64,000 nucleotides of DNA. Source: Nitrospirota bacterium. GTDB lineage: Bacteria > Nitrospirota > Thermodesulfovibrionia > UBA6902. The DNA is taken from contig JACQZG010000006.1 of assembly GCA_016213935.1 (NCBI GenBank), forward strand, positions 60,622-124,621. Direction: 5' to 3'. The notes below the pieces were generated by a model. That model did not search any database, was not told the DNA's origin, and worked only from the letters and a program-made list of their open reading frames with translations. Below are positions 41,947 through 51,065 of the stretch, one piece after another. The position numbers and the translations under genes are program-made. How positions within the stretch are numbered: position 1 is the stretch's first letter; every line of letters starts with the position of its first letter.

Positions 41947-42043
41947 TTGCTTGCTGACCCTATTATCACTCCCAACTCCTCCCTCATCTACTCCACCACA
42001 TCCACATGTAATAAAGATAAAACCCCACAGGAGATAGGCTTTA

Positions 42044-42442
42044 TTATCCGTGGCTGCTCACTCTTGCGGCAAGGAAGCTTCCAATCAGAGCCCCAAAGGA
42101 ATCAGCAATAACATCGCCGATTGATGCGATCCTTCCCGGGACATAATACTGGTGAAGCTCATCGCTGATGCCGTAAATGACCGCAAAGACTGCCGAGATC
42201 AGAAAAAGATACCTTCTTACCCCGCTATTCAGAAGAGAGAAGTAGAGCAAAAGAGCAAGCATGAAATAAACAAAGGCGTGGATAATCTTGTCTGTGCCGT
42301 GTATTGGGGGAGGCAGCAGATTACTCTGTGAAGATAGATAGAATACCAGCCCCATATAGCTTATCGTGAAGAACCAGAGGATAACCGCTGTCAGTCTGTT
42401 TGTCCGCCCCACTTTCTTCATCAGTTGAATATTTCCAGCCAT
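42044..42442 (-). CDS. VanZ-like family membrane protein
   Basis: 4-TM protein with KIIHAFVYFMLALLL and ISDELHQYYVPGR motifs. Confidence 0.7.
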   Translation of the reverse strand: MAGNIQLMKKVGRTNRLTAVILWFFTISYMGLVFYLSSQSNLLPPPIHGTDKIIHAFVYFMLALLLYFSLLNSGVRRYLFLISAVFAVIYGISDELHQYYVPGRIASIGDVIADSFGALIGSFLAARVSSHG

Positions 42443-42789
42443 ATTAATACTCTGTGGAGCAGTCCGCCGACAAGCACGGCAAACGGAAAGATAAAGGCTG
42501 TCATGAGAAAGGCTGTTTTAGCTTCGCGCTCTTTTATTATCATGAAGAGGTTTGCAATGCACGGGATAAAGAGGGTTATGGTCACAAGGCTTACCACCAC
42601 TTGCTCTGTGTTGAGCAGCCCCTGCTCCTGCATGGCGAATATTCCGGCTGAGCCGTAATCACGCCGCAGAAAACCTATCAGGAAGGCTTCAGTTGCCTTC
42701 GCGGGCAGACCGAGAACCGTTACAACTATAGGTGATCCAAGCCTTTCAATAAACGGAAGGAAGACCAGAGGGGCACGTCTACACATCAC
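42421..42789 (-). pseudogene. C-terminal remnant of a FeoB-type ferrous iron transporter (gate/nucleoside-recognition region)
   Basis: ...SLVTITLFIPCIANLFMIIKEREAKTAFLMTAFIFPFAVLVGGLLHRVLIWL aligns from memory with the FeoB C-terminus; no N-terminal GTPase domain or upstream continuation. Confidence 0.55.
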
Positions 42790-42862
42790 ACAGGCAAAGC
42801 AAGAAGAGTAAAAAGAGGAGGGGCTCTGTCAGGCATTTTTTTAAAGGGCTTGAGCTATTATG

Positions 42863-43043
42863 TTCATGCAGCGTTCAGCGGATGTATCCGTGCCAGAGCC
42901 TTTTTATTCTCTTTTTGCGCAAGCCAGATATCAACGGCACGCTGGGCATCCAGCCGGAATTCAGGGGTATTGCCGAACAATAGAGACAGGCGCAAAGCCA
43001 CAGAAGGCGTAACAGCCCTGTGTTCCCGCAGGATTTCATTCAC
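42863..43043 (-). pseudogene. C-terminal remnant of a HigA-like (XRE HTH) antitoxin
   Basis: Minus-strand translation VNEILREHRAVTPSVALRLSLLFGNTPEFRLDAQRAVDIWLAQKE matches the C-terminal half of the HigA/VapI HTH; the upstream frame has no Met and hits a stop, so the N-terminal helices are missing. Confidence 0.45.
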
Positions 43044-43150
43044 TGTTAAACACGAATGGCTTGAGAAATAGGGTATAATTATAATCAGTTAAGAGGTAAC
43101 GTATGCAGACAGTGGACTTTAGACTATGGACTTAAAAACAGGAGGATCCC

Positions 43151-43405
43151 ATGGATAAACTTCTTAAGATAGACAAAACTGGTGATTCAAGACTTCTCAA
43201 GGAAATAAAGAAATCATTGGGCTTGAAACTTGATGATGAGCTCTTCTTGTTCAGCGGGAAAGATTATCTTGTAATTAAAAAGGTTCAGAGACCTTCCCTT
43301 TCAGCGCGTTTCAAGAGCCTCTCTGAAAAGGTGGAGAAACGATTTAAAAAAGAAGGGGTAAAGGAAGATGTAGTAGTTGAGGCCATTAAATGGGCAAGAA
43401 GGTAG
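43151..43405 (+). CDS. Putative antitoxin (AbrB/SpoVT/VapB-like) of a PIN toxin
   Basis: 84 aa, overlaps the downstream PIN gene by 16 nt; a swapped-hairpin-like N-terminus (KIDKTGDSRLLKEIKKSLGLKLDDELFLF). Confidence 0.5.
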   Translation: MDKLLKIDKTGDSRLLKEIKKSLGLKLDDELFLFSGKDYLVIKKVQRPSLSARFKSLSEKVEKRFKKEGVKEDVVVEAIKWARR

Positions 43406-43806
43406 TGCTTGATACGAATGTGTTTGTTTCAGCGCTGGGCTGGAAAGGAGCATCTCGAAATATTTTCAACAATTGCATTGACGGAGATTTGGAATTATTC
43501 ATTTCTACCGAGATATTCGATGAAATTAAAAGGGTCTTGAATTATCCTAAATTTAAGTTCAGTCAGGACGAAATTTCCGAGTTTTTGGATCAGATATTGG
43601 AAGCCGGCAATTTTGTTGAAACGAAGGTCAAGGTAGACATAATCAAGGACGATCCAAGTGATAACAAATTTCTGGAATGCGCGGCAACTGTAAATGCAGG
43701 CTTTGTTATAAGCAGGGATCCGCATATATTGAAAATTAAAGAGTTTGAGGGGATAAAGCTTATGTCTCCTGAAGATTTTACAAAGGCGGGGTATGGCGGA
43801 CGGTAG
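43390..43806 (+). CDS. PIN-domain toxin (VapC-like)
   Basis: MGKKVVLDTNVFVSAL...ISTEIFDEIKRVL... with conserved acidic PIN residues. Confidence 0.8.
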   Translation: MGKKVVLDTNVFVSALGWKGASRNIFNNCIDGDLELFISTEIFDEIKRVLNYPKFKFSQDEISEFLDQILEAGNFVETKVKVDIIKDDPSDNKFLECAATVNAGFVISRDPHILKIKEFEGIKLMSPEDFTKAGYGGR

Positions 43807-43978
43807 AGAAATGCAGAACTTGAAATCTTTACGGGAGGGAACAAAATCAGAAAAGACGCTGATATTACTAAAAAAGACATCGGGTGCATGGAGAGGGCTT
43901 GTTGATTCAGAGAAATTAAAACATGATATTTATTCAGACAGGCTTATATCAAGAAGACTACAGGACGTGAATGTTTAA
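43793..43978 (+). CDS. Small 61-aa ORF, possibly an orphan antitoxin-like protein
   Basis: ...ILLKKTSGAWRGLVDSEKLKHDIYSDR resembles the GxWKG motif of small addiction-module proteins; weak. Confidence 0.3.
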   Translation: MADGREMQNLKSLREGTKSEKTLILLKKTSGAWRGLVDSEKLKHDIYSDRLISRRLQDVNV

Positions 43979-44203
43979 CTTTTATTAAACGGCATAATCG
44001 CAGGCAGCGCTTACACCCTTCTCTCCCTTTCAGCACAAATTGTAAATACTATTGACATATTGTACGGCATGATTTAGGCCCGGCATTGCTTGTTTACGGC
44101 GGAGAGCAGGAGATGGTCAAAGGGAAAATAAAGGTACTTCCATGGAGGAAACTGTCTGCTTATTGAAACAAAACAGGGAAAAAAGAGATGATATTTTAAA
44201 CCT

Positions 44204-46099
44204 ATGAACCGCTACGTTATTCTCGGCACAGCCGGACACATTGACCACGGAAAGAGCGCGCTTGTTAAGGCGCTCACAGGCACAGACCCTGACAGGCTGA
44301 AGGAAGAGAAGGCGAGGGGAATCACCATTGACCTCGGTTTTGCAGACCTCTCATATCCCGACGGGCTCAGGGTGGGCATCATCGATGTGCCGGGGCATGA
44401 GAGGCTTGTGAAGAACATGCTTGCGGGCGCAAGCGGTATCGATATCGTCCTCATGGTGATAGCGGCTGACGAAGGAATAATGCCGCAGAGCAGAGAGCAC
44501 CTCGCCATCTGCAACCTTCTCAAAGTGAAGAAGGGCATCATCGCCATCACAAAATCCGACCTTGTTGATAAAGAGTGGCTTTCTCTTGTCATTGAAGAGG
44601 TGAAGGAGTTTGCGAAAGGGACATTTCTCAAAGGCGCCGAAATAATCGCGGTCTCCTCAAAAACGGGCGAGAATCTTGATCTCTTAAAAGAGAAGATAAA
44701 AGAGGCGGCATCCGGCGTTGAGCCCAAGCATGAGAAGGCTGTCTTCAGGCTTCCTGTTGACAGAGTATTTACTCTTAAGGGTTTCGGCACGGTTGTCACA
44801 GGCACCTCCATTTCAGGAAGCATTAAAACGGACGCGCCTGTTGAGATACTTCCCAAGGGAATCGCGGCAAAGGTGCGGGGGCTTCAGAGCCACGGTGAGG
44901 CCATTGAAGCCGCATATGCCGGGCAGAGGGTTGCGGTAAACCTTCTTGGCGTTTCAAAGGATGAGATTCAGAGGGGGGATGTGCTGGCGACCCCGGGCAA
45001 ACTGAAGTCTTCCCACGTTGTTGACGCCGAGATAGAACTTCTTAAGGATTCTCCTCTCAATTCCCTCAAGAACAGGAGCCTCGTGCATTTCCATGCCGGC
45101 TCATCCGAGATTACCGGAAGGATAATCATATACGGAAAGGATGAACTGAAACCCGGAGAGGATGCTTTATGCCAGTTCCGCTTCCCAAAGCCGGTCGCGC
45201 TCATGGCGGGCGACAGGTACATAATCAGGCGCTTCTCCCCGCTTATGACGATTGGAGGGGGCGAGGTTATTGACCCGTCGCCGAGGAGGAGAAAGAAGGG
45301 GCAGGATATTGAGGGTCAGAGCGTCTTTGTTGAAGGTAGCCTCTCTGAAAAGATAGCCGCAAAGATACGGCAGAAAGGGCTCCAGGGCCTTTCACGCGGG
45401 GAGCTTGAAGGCTGGATAATGGCAGAGCTTGCGGACATAAATTCCGCCCTCGATAAACTTATCAGCAGGGGCGAGATCATGAAGTGCGAAGAGCGGCTCA
45501 TCCATAAAGATGCCTTTAATGATTTCTCAGGCGGCATCATCTCAATGCTCAGGGATTTTCACGCAAAGAATCCGCTCAAGCCGGGCATGCCGAAAGAGGA
45601 GATACGGTCATCTTTTCAGGCTATTGACCAGCGGCACTTTGACGGTTTGCTCGCAAAAGTCAAAGATATTGTCTTTGATAAAGAGGTGATAAAGTTAAGC
45701 GCATTCAGGCTCTCTTTGAGCGAAGGAAACAAGGAAACAAGGGAGAAGATTTTAAAGGCTCTCGATGCATCGGAATTTCAGCCCCCGACAGATGAAGAAC
45801 TCGCCGCACTGGCCAGGGTTGACAAGAAAGAGGTGGCCGAGATACTTAAGATAATGGCAAAGGAAGGGGAGATTGTGAGGATAAAGGACTCCATATATAT
45901 ATCAAAGCCAAACCATTCAAAGATGATCGAGAGGCTGAAGGGCTTTTACTCGAAAAAAGCCGAGATGACGGTCGGCGAGTTCCGAGATATTCTTAACACA
46001 TCGAGAAAATACGCGCTCCCTTTCCTTGAATATCTCGACGGCAGCAGGATAACGATGAGGGTGGGCGACGTTAGGAAGTTTCTTTATAAAGGGCAGTGA
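44204..46099 (+). CDS. selB: Selenocysteine-specific translation elongation factor
   Basis: GTAGHIDHGKSALVKALTG G1 motif, DVPGHERL, and winged-helix mRNA-binding C-terminal domains; total 631 aa. Confidence 0.92.
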   Translation: MNRYVILGTAGHIDHGKSALVKALTGTDPDRLKEEKARGITIDLGFADLSYPDGLRVGIIDVPGHERLVKNMLAGASGIDIVLMVIAADEGIMPQSREHLAICNLLKVKKGIIAITKSDLVDKEWLSLVIEEVKEFAKGTFLKGAEIIAVSSKTGENLDLLKEKIKEAASGVEPKHEKAVFRLPVDRVFTLKGFGTVVTGTSISGSIKTDAPVEILPKGIAAKVRGLQSHGEAIEAAYAGQRVAVNLLGVSKDEIQRGDVLATPGKLKSSHVVDAEIELLKDSPLNSLKNRSLVHFHAGSSEITGRIIIYGKDELKPGEDALCQFRFPKPVALMAGDRYIIRRFSPLMTIGGGEVIDPSPRRRKKGQDIEGQSVFVEGSLSEKIAAKIRQKGLQGLSRGELEGWIMAELADINSALDKLISRGEIMKCEERLIHKDAFNDFSGGIISMLRDFHAKNPLKPGMPKEEIRSSFQAIDQRHFDGLLAKVKDIVFDKEVIKLSAFRLSLSEGNKETREKILKALDASEFQPPTDEELAALARVDKKEVAEILKIMAKEGEIVRIKDSIYISKPNHSKMIERLKGFYSKKAEMTVGEFRDILNTSRKYALPFLEYLDGSRITMRVGDVRKFLYKGQ

Positions 46100-46153
46100 T
46101 TACGGCTTCAATTAGGGATGCTCATCTGATACAATAGGCTGTAACTTATTATT

Positions 46154-46252
46154 GGGAGCGTATAGGGTTCTGGTGTCTCTCCCGGACTTCAAATCCGGTG
46201 TTGCCTGGCCAAAACCGGGCAGGGTGGGTTCGATTCCCACACGCTCCCGCCA
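46154..46252 (+). tRNA. selC: tRNA-Sec (UCA anticodon), about 99 nt including the encoded CCA
   Basis: GGGAGCG...cggacTTCAAAtccg anticodon loop, a long variable arm and GGGTTCGATTCCCAC T-arm ending CCA; sits 55 nt after selB. Confidence 0.85.
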
Positions 46253-46255
46253 ATA

Positions 46256-46504
46256 CTATTTCTGAAGAGAATCCTTTATGATCTTTAACTTCTTGAGCGT
46301 GTAGGCAAGCCCGACCCACGTGACAGAGAAACAGATAAATATTATTCCGATACTGAAATAAAGAATCTCCACTATCATCTGCTGAGTGACGCTCTCTTCA
46401 GAGTAGAGAGCCTTCATGATATTCTCTCCGAACCCTCCGTATATCGCATATAATCCGAACGCTCCAATAATCACAGCTAAAAAGTTTAACGCAAATCTCA
46501 TCAT
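46256..46504 (-). CDS. Hypothetical small 2-TM membrane protein
   Basis: 82 aa with two hydrophobic helices. Confidence 0.4.
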   Translation of the reverse strand: MMRFALNFLAVIIGAFGLYAIYGGFGENIMKALYSEESVTQQMIVEILYFSIGIIFICFSVTWVGLAYTLKKLKIIKDSLQK

Positions 46505-46567
46505 GGCCTTATCCTCCGCACGTTTATTATTAGAATAATACAGATTCAGAAATTTTGCTGTGCCGGT

Positions 46568-48040
46568 TTAAACTTTATTAAGCTCGCTTATCTCGTTGAA
46601 ATACTCCTGGCATTCGAGAAAGGCATCCACGACATCCGGGTCAAAGTGCTCTCCGCGCTCGGATTTGATTATTTCAACGGCCTTCTCATGACTCATTTCA
46701 TCCTTATAATGCCTCTTTGACCTCAGCGCGTCATAGACGTCGCAGAGGGCGAATATTCTCGCTTCAAGAGGTATCTTGTCACCCTTGATGCCGATGTATC
46801 CCTTGCCGTTGTATTTTTCATGGTGGTAGGCGCAGATATTTTTGGCAATCTCGAAGAAGGGTTGCTTCGTCGTGAACTTCTCTATATCGTTCTGCAGAAG
46901 CTGTTTCCCGATGAATACATGCTTCTTGATGATATTGAATTCCTCGTCAGACAGCCTTCCCGGCTTAAGAAGCACAGAGTCCGGTGTCGCCACCTTGCCT
47001 ATATCGTGCAGAGGGGATGCATCTGCTATACAGACTAAGAAATCTTTGTCTATGGTCTTCCGGTATTTGGACTTTTTTCGCATATGTTTTGAGAGGAGGA
47101 CGGCATACTCCTTGGTCGAGTTGAGGTGGCGGCCGGTTGTTTTATCCCTCCACTCCGTTGTGTCGGCAAGAGAGTGAATGATGATTTTTTGCGCGCCTAT
47201 CAGCTCTTTGAACCTTGAAATATTTAAATAAGCGAGAAGTATCAGCAGAGAGATAAAAAGGATGGTCAGGATCACGGGGATGGTTGCCCTTTCGTAAATC
47301 GTCTTCTTGATGAATTCCTCGTTTGAACGGGTTCCGAGAAGTATATTTATTTCTGAGGTGATGTTTGCGGTTACATAGTGAAGAGTGTCATGTTTTGAAA
47401 GGTATATCTTGCCGTTACGGCCCAGGATATTATAGTGCAAATTCGTGGTTTCAACTGACTCGTCAGAGTTGAATGTAACAGCATTGCCTGTGTCATTAAT
47501 TATAAATATATTATCAGGAAGCAGGCGCAGCATATTAAAGACAGATACGGTTGCATTCAATTCCCCCTTTTCAGCGCCTTTGATATCAGTAATAGGAGTG
47601 GCTATCTCCGCCATTTTAAAGCCCCTGATATTCCTCGGGTCATATGAGCTGTTGACTGCGGTTAATACCTCATTGCCTGAACCATCAACTATTCTCAGCT
47701 TATATATCTCCTTGTGGTTGGCCATCAGGACTTGGAGGTTTTTCGCTATGTCTTCTTTTTCCGCCATATCTCTATAATTGCCGTATGCAAAGGTTTTCAA
47801 GCTCGGGATGCTGCTCAGAAAGAGGATGTTGTTTTTTATGTCTGTGAAGTGGATCTCAACTATTTTTTTGGAGGTGTTAAGGGATATTTTTTGATTGCTG
47901 TCATTAAATCTTATTTCAGAATCGAGCATCTGGTTTATGGCATTTAATATGATGAAGCCGATGATTATGCAGATCAATACAAAGGTCGTAATGGATGCGG
48001 CATTTTCCCTGACAACGCTTCTCATATGGTCACCTTGCAT
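46568..48040 (-). CDS. HD-GYP domain phosphodiesterase with an N-terminal TM/periplasmic sensor region
   Basis: HDIGKVATPDSVLLK...HHEKYNGKGY HD-GYP motifs; N-terminal TM helix plus an extracytoplasmic domain. Confidence 0.8.
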   Translation of the reverse strand: MQGDHMRSVVRENAASITTFVLICIIIGFIILNAINQMLDSEIRFNDSNQKISLNTSKKIVEIHFTDIKNNILFLSSIPSLKTFAYGNYRDMAEKEDIAKNLQVLMANHKEIYKLRIVDGSGNEVLTAVNSSYDPRNIRGFKMAEIATPITDIKGAEKGELNATVSVFNMLRLLPDNIFIINDTGNAVTFNSDESVETTNLHYNILGRNGKIYLSKHDTLHYVTANITSEINILLGTRSNEEFIKKTIYERATIPVILTILFISLLILLAYLNISRFKELIGAQKIIIHSLADTTEWRDKTTGRHLNSTKEYAVLLSKHMRKKSKYRKTIDKDFLVCIADASPLHDIGKVATPDSVLLKPGRLSDEEFNIIKKHVFIGKQLLQNDIEKFTTKQPFFEIAKNICAYHHEKYNGKGYIGIKGDKIPLEARIFALCDVYDALRSKRHYKDEMSHEKAVEIIKSERGEHFDPDVVDAFLECQEYFNEISELNKV

Positions 48041-48459
48041 TAAGTGTATATCACTTTATGCCCCCGCGCAAACAGCGGAAAGTTGTGTGGAGAGTTCGCC
48101 TTCTTGAAGGGGGTGATTGAAATCTTTACCTCATTGCCGTCTTGATTTATAATAATAAAATCGTAAAGTTGGGGGTCGGCTGGCTATGGATGAAGACAAA
48201 GAGAATAATTATTCCGGGCAGTTAGGAGAGGAGATTTCTTTCAGCGGGGGGGAAGCGCCTGCAGGAGGTGAGAATTCCCCCGAGGCAACTGAATACCGGA
48301 AATTCGGAAGAAGGACATTAAGGGACAGAAGAAGTCTATGGAAAAATTCCAAGTATAAAGGGCCTAATCGGAGATTTCGAAACAGGAGGAGCAGAAAGGA
48401 CAGAAGAGACGGCAACGAGCCCGTGGATGATCTCGGAAAGTATATCCCGTAGGATATAG

Positions 48460-49014
48460 CTACTCATAGTGGAAGTCGTAGAATCTCAGGCCTGCCGGGT
48501 CATCATTTTCGTGAATGGTCACTCCACGAAAAGTCCCCACCTCTTTAAAATTGTATATGTTATAGCCTTCAACAATCTTTTGGGTTACAGAATGCACCAA
48601 TGTCCCCTCCGCATTAAAAAAGTCTATCTTTAATGAGCCGGGCGGCTGGCCATGCCCCATGATAAAACATAGTGATTTGGCATCGGTGTCAAGGAGGAGA
48701 GATATCGGCCCTTTGTAAGTGACCTCCGAATAAATTGTATTTATCTTGCCCATCGGGTCCACAAAGAGTTTGCCAGCGGGTGAAAGCGTCAGGGGATTTA
48801 CAGGCTGCCCCGTGATTTCAGGCCCTGATAATGACTGCCCGGCAAAAGTCTGAGCAAAACTGCCGCCGGAGGCTTTTATCAGGGCTCCGGACTTGGCATT
48901 GCTTAAATTGATTTCATTCTCTGCCAAGGCCATGCTTGCGCTTCCGAATAATAGAGTGATTATTATCAGGGCGGTAGTCTGTTGTCTCATTTGCGCCTCC
49001 TCATGAAACTTCAT
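48460..49014 (-). CDS. Hypothetical secreted protein
   Basis: N-terminal signal peptide (TALIIITLLFGSASMALA). Confidence 0.45.
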   Translation of the reverse strand: MKFHEEAQMRQQTTALIIITLLFGSASMALAENEINLSNAKSGALIKASGGSFAQTFAGQSLSGPEITGQPVNPLTLSPAGKLFVDPMGKINTIYSEVTYKGPISLLLDTDAKSLCFIMGHGQPPGSLKIDFFNAEGTLVHSVTQKIVEGYNIYNFKEVGTFRGVTIHENDDPAGLRFYDFHYE

Positions 49015-49133
49015 TAAAGTCTTGTCAACGGTAATTCTGACAAGTTAATCGGCAATGAAGACAGTTATAAGATTGAAATTATTATAGATAATATCAGCCC
49101 GTTAAGCAATTAAAGAAAGAGCAATCCGGTTTG

Positions 49134-49775
49134 TTAGGGCAATGCCTTGTTAATGCGTTTTAACCTTTCATCTTCCGATGAAATCGTAAGAACCATCTCT
49201 CCGCCGGAATTGCCCCCGAAATTTTCAAAAGCTCCCACAAGAAGATAGTCTATTGTCTTTCGGAGGTTTGAGCTGTCATCCTGGATGTTGGCCTTGCAGG
49301 TCCAAAGGGGTTTTGAACTGCCTGAAAAATTTTCAGAGGCAAAGAGGCGGAGCAGAAGGTGTTTTGTATACTCGATCTCCGTGCTTGTGCTGCGTTTGCT
49401 CTCGAAGCGCCCCGTAAAAGCGTTTAACGCAAAGCCGCTGTCGGTTGTTGAGGCTGTTTTGCCCGTGTCTATGCCGTATTCGAAAAGAAGGACATAATCC
49501 GCGTCTGAAATATTTTCCACAGGCTTATAACCATAAGCCGAGAGGGCTTTGTTTATCTTTTCCGCGGTCTCCATCTCGAGTATGAGGTTTCGGGTCTCTT
49601 TTTTAGTGTAGACCATGACCCTTTTCTTTTCTGAAAGCCGGAGGTTATCAGCCGTGTCAGCATGGAGATGAATGTCATATTTTGCGGCATGGCCGGCACA
49701 GGCGTAAAGAAATATCGCTGTGCAGGAGGAGATGCCCGCAGCAACGAGTAATATTATAAATCTCATTATTTTCAT
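49134..49775 (-). CDS. Hypothetical lipoprotein
   Basis: Signal peptide with a candidate lipobox (GISSC). Confidence 0.45.
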   Translation of the reverse strand: MKIMRFIILLVAAGISSCTAIFLYACAGHAAKYDIHLHADTADNLRLSEKKRVMVYTKKETRNLILEMETAEKINKALSAYGYKPVENISDADYVLLFEYGIDTGKTASTTDSGFALNAFTGRFESKRSTSTEIEYTKHLLLRLFASENFSGSSKPLWTCKANIQDDSSNLRKTIDYLLVGAFENFGGNSGGEMVLTISSEDERLKRINKALP

Positions 49776-49912
49776 TGGTAAAAAAACTGAAAATGCTGTT
49801 TGACGCCGCTTGATTTGAGAGTATTATAAAACATTTGTGTCAGGCATCGCCTAATAAGAAGGAGAGAGTTGGATTAAATGAGGGGGTGGTGGGCGGAAAC
49901 TGTAACAGCCTT

Positions 49913-51022
49913 TTATCTGCTGTATGAATTGCTTTTCAGCTTTCCTCCGACAGGCCCGCCTTCGATCATATTCATCAGCTCTTCAGGCAATGGAGAAGTG
50001 GTGACCGCCTGATCTCTTGATATGCTGCCTTCTCTGAAAAGCTTCAGCAATGACTGGTTCATTGTCTGCATACCGTATTTTGACTGGCCGGTCTGCATCA
50101 TTGAATAAACCTGTTCAATCTTGCCTTCCCTGATAAGGTTCCTTATCCCGGGGGTCGGGACAAAGACCTCTGCGGCCATGCACCTTCCGCCGCCCTGCCT
50201 TGCAAGCAGGTTCTGAGATATTATTCCTTCAAGGACAAATGAGAGTTGGACTCTCACCTGTGACTGCTGCCCTTGAGGGAATATATCCAGTATACGAGTG
50301 ATGGTTTGCACCGAGGTGTTCGTATGAAGAGTTCCAAATGTAAGGTGGCCTGTTTCAGCAATTGTCATCGCGGCCTCGACCGTCTCGAGATCTCTCATCT
50401 CTCCGATAAGCACGACATCAGGGTCCTGCCTAAGTATGTAGCGCAGGGCGTTCTTGAATGATTCCGTGTCAGAGCCGACCTCCCTCTGGTTTACGAGGCA
50501 CTTCTGATGATTATGCAGGAATTCTATCGGGTCTTCGATCGTTATTATATGGCCTGACTGTTCTTTGTTTATCTTGTCTATTATCGCGGCGAGAGTGGAA
50601 GATTTGCCAGAACCAGTAGGGCCTGTCACAAGGATAAGCCCTCTCGGTTTTGTCGTGAACTCTTCACTGACAACGGGCGGAAGCCCGAGCTTTTCAAAGG
50701 GCATTATCTCATAAGGTATCGTCCTTAATGCTGCGGACATCGCGCCTCTCTGCATGAACATGTTTGCCCTGAACCTGCAGAGGCCTTTTACGCCGAAAGA
50801 CAGGTCAAGCTCGTTAGTCTCTTCGAACTTGTTCTTCTGCTTGTCCGTAAGCACGCTGTAGAGGAGCGCCTTTGTGTCGGATGGCGAAAGGATAATGTCA
50901 TTGGCAGGGATAAGTTCCCCGTCTATCCTCATGCGGGGTGGCGACCCTGAGCTTATATGAAGGTCTGACCCGCCCTTTTTAACGAGTATCTCAAGGAGTT
51001 CGTATAATGTAGGTCCCGGCAT
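49913..51022 (-). CDS. pilT: Type IV pilus retraction ATPase PilT
   Basis: GLILVTGPTGSGKSSTLAA Walker A, the ...HIITIEDPIEF... block and His box. Confidence 0.9.
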   Translation of the reverse strand: MPGPTLYELLEILVKKGGSDLHISSGSPPRMRIDGELIPANDIILSPSDTKALLYSVLTDKQKNKFEETNELDLSFGVKGLCRFRANMFMQRGAMSAALRTIPYEIMPFEKLGLPPVVSEEFTTKPRGLILVTGPTGSGKSSTLAAIIDKINKEQSGHIITIEDPIEFLHNHQKCLVNQREVGSDTESFKNALRYILRQDPDVVLIGEMRDLETVEAAMTIAETGHLTFGTLHTNTSVQTITRILDIFPQGQQSQVRVQLSFVLEGIISQNLLARQGGGRCMAAEVFVPTPGIRNLIREGKIEQVYSMMQTGQSKYGMQTMNQSLLKLFREGSISRDQAVTTSPLPEELMNMIEGGPVGGKLKSNSYSR

Positions 51023-51065
51023 GTAATAATTTTAAGGTTTTGCCTGATAATTTGCAACAGAGGTT

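Noticed and set aside
42850-43071. 73-aa plus-strand ORF MSYYVHAAFSGC...
   Set aside because: The opposite strand carries a recognisable HigA-like C-terminal fragment, so the plus-strand ORF is most likely a shadow.
48186-48452. 88-aa Arg/Lys-rich ORF (MDEDKENNYSGQLGEE...RRFRNRRSRKDRR)
   Set aside because: It is low complexity with no RBS or family support. It could be a real small basic protein, but the evidence is too weak to annotate with any confidence.
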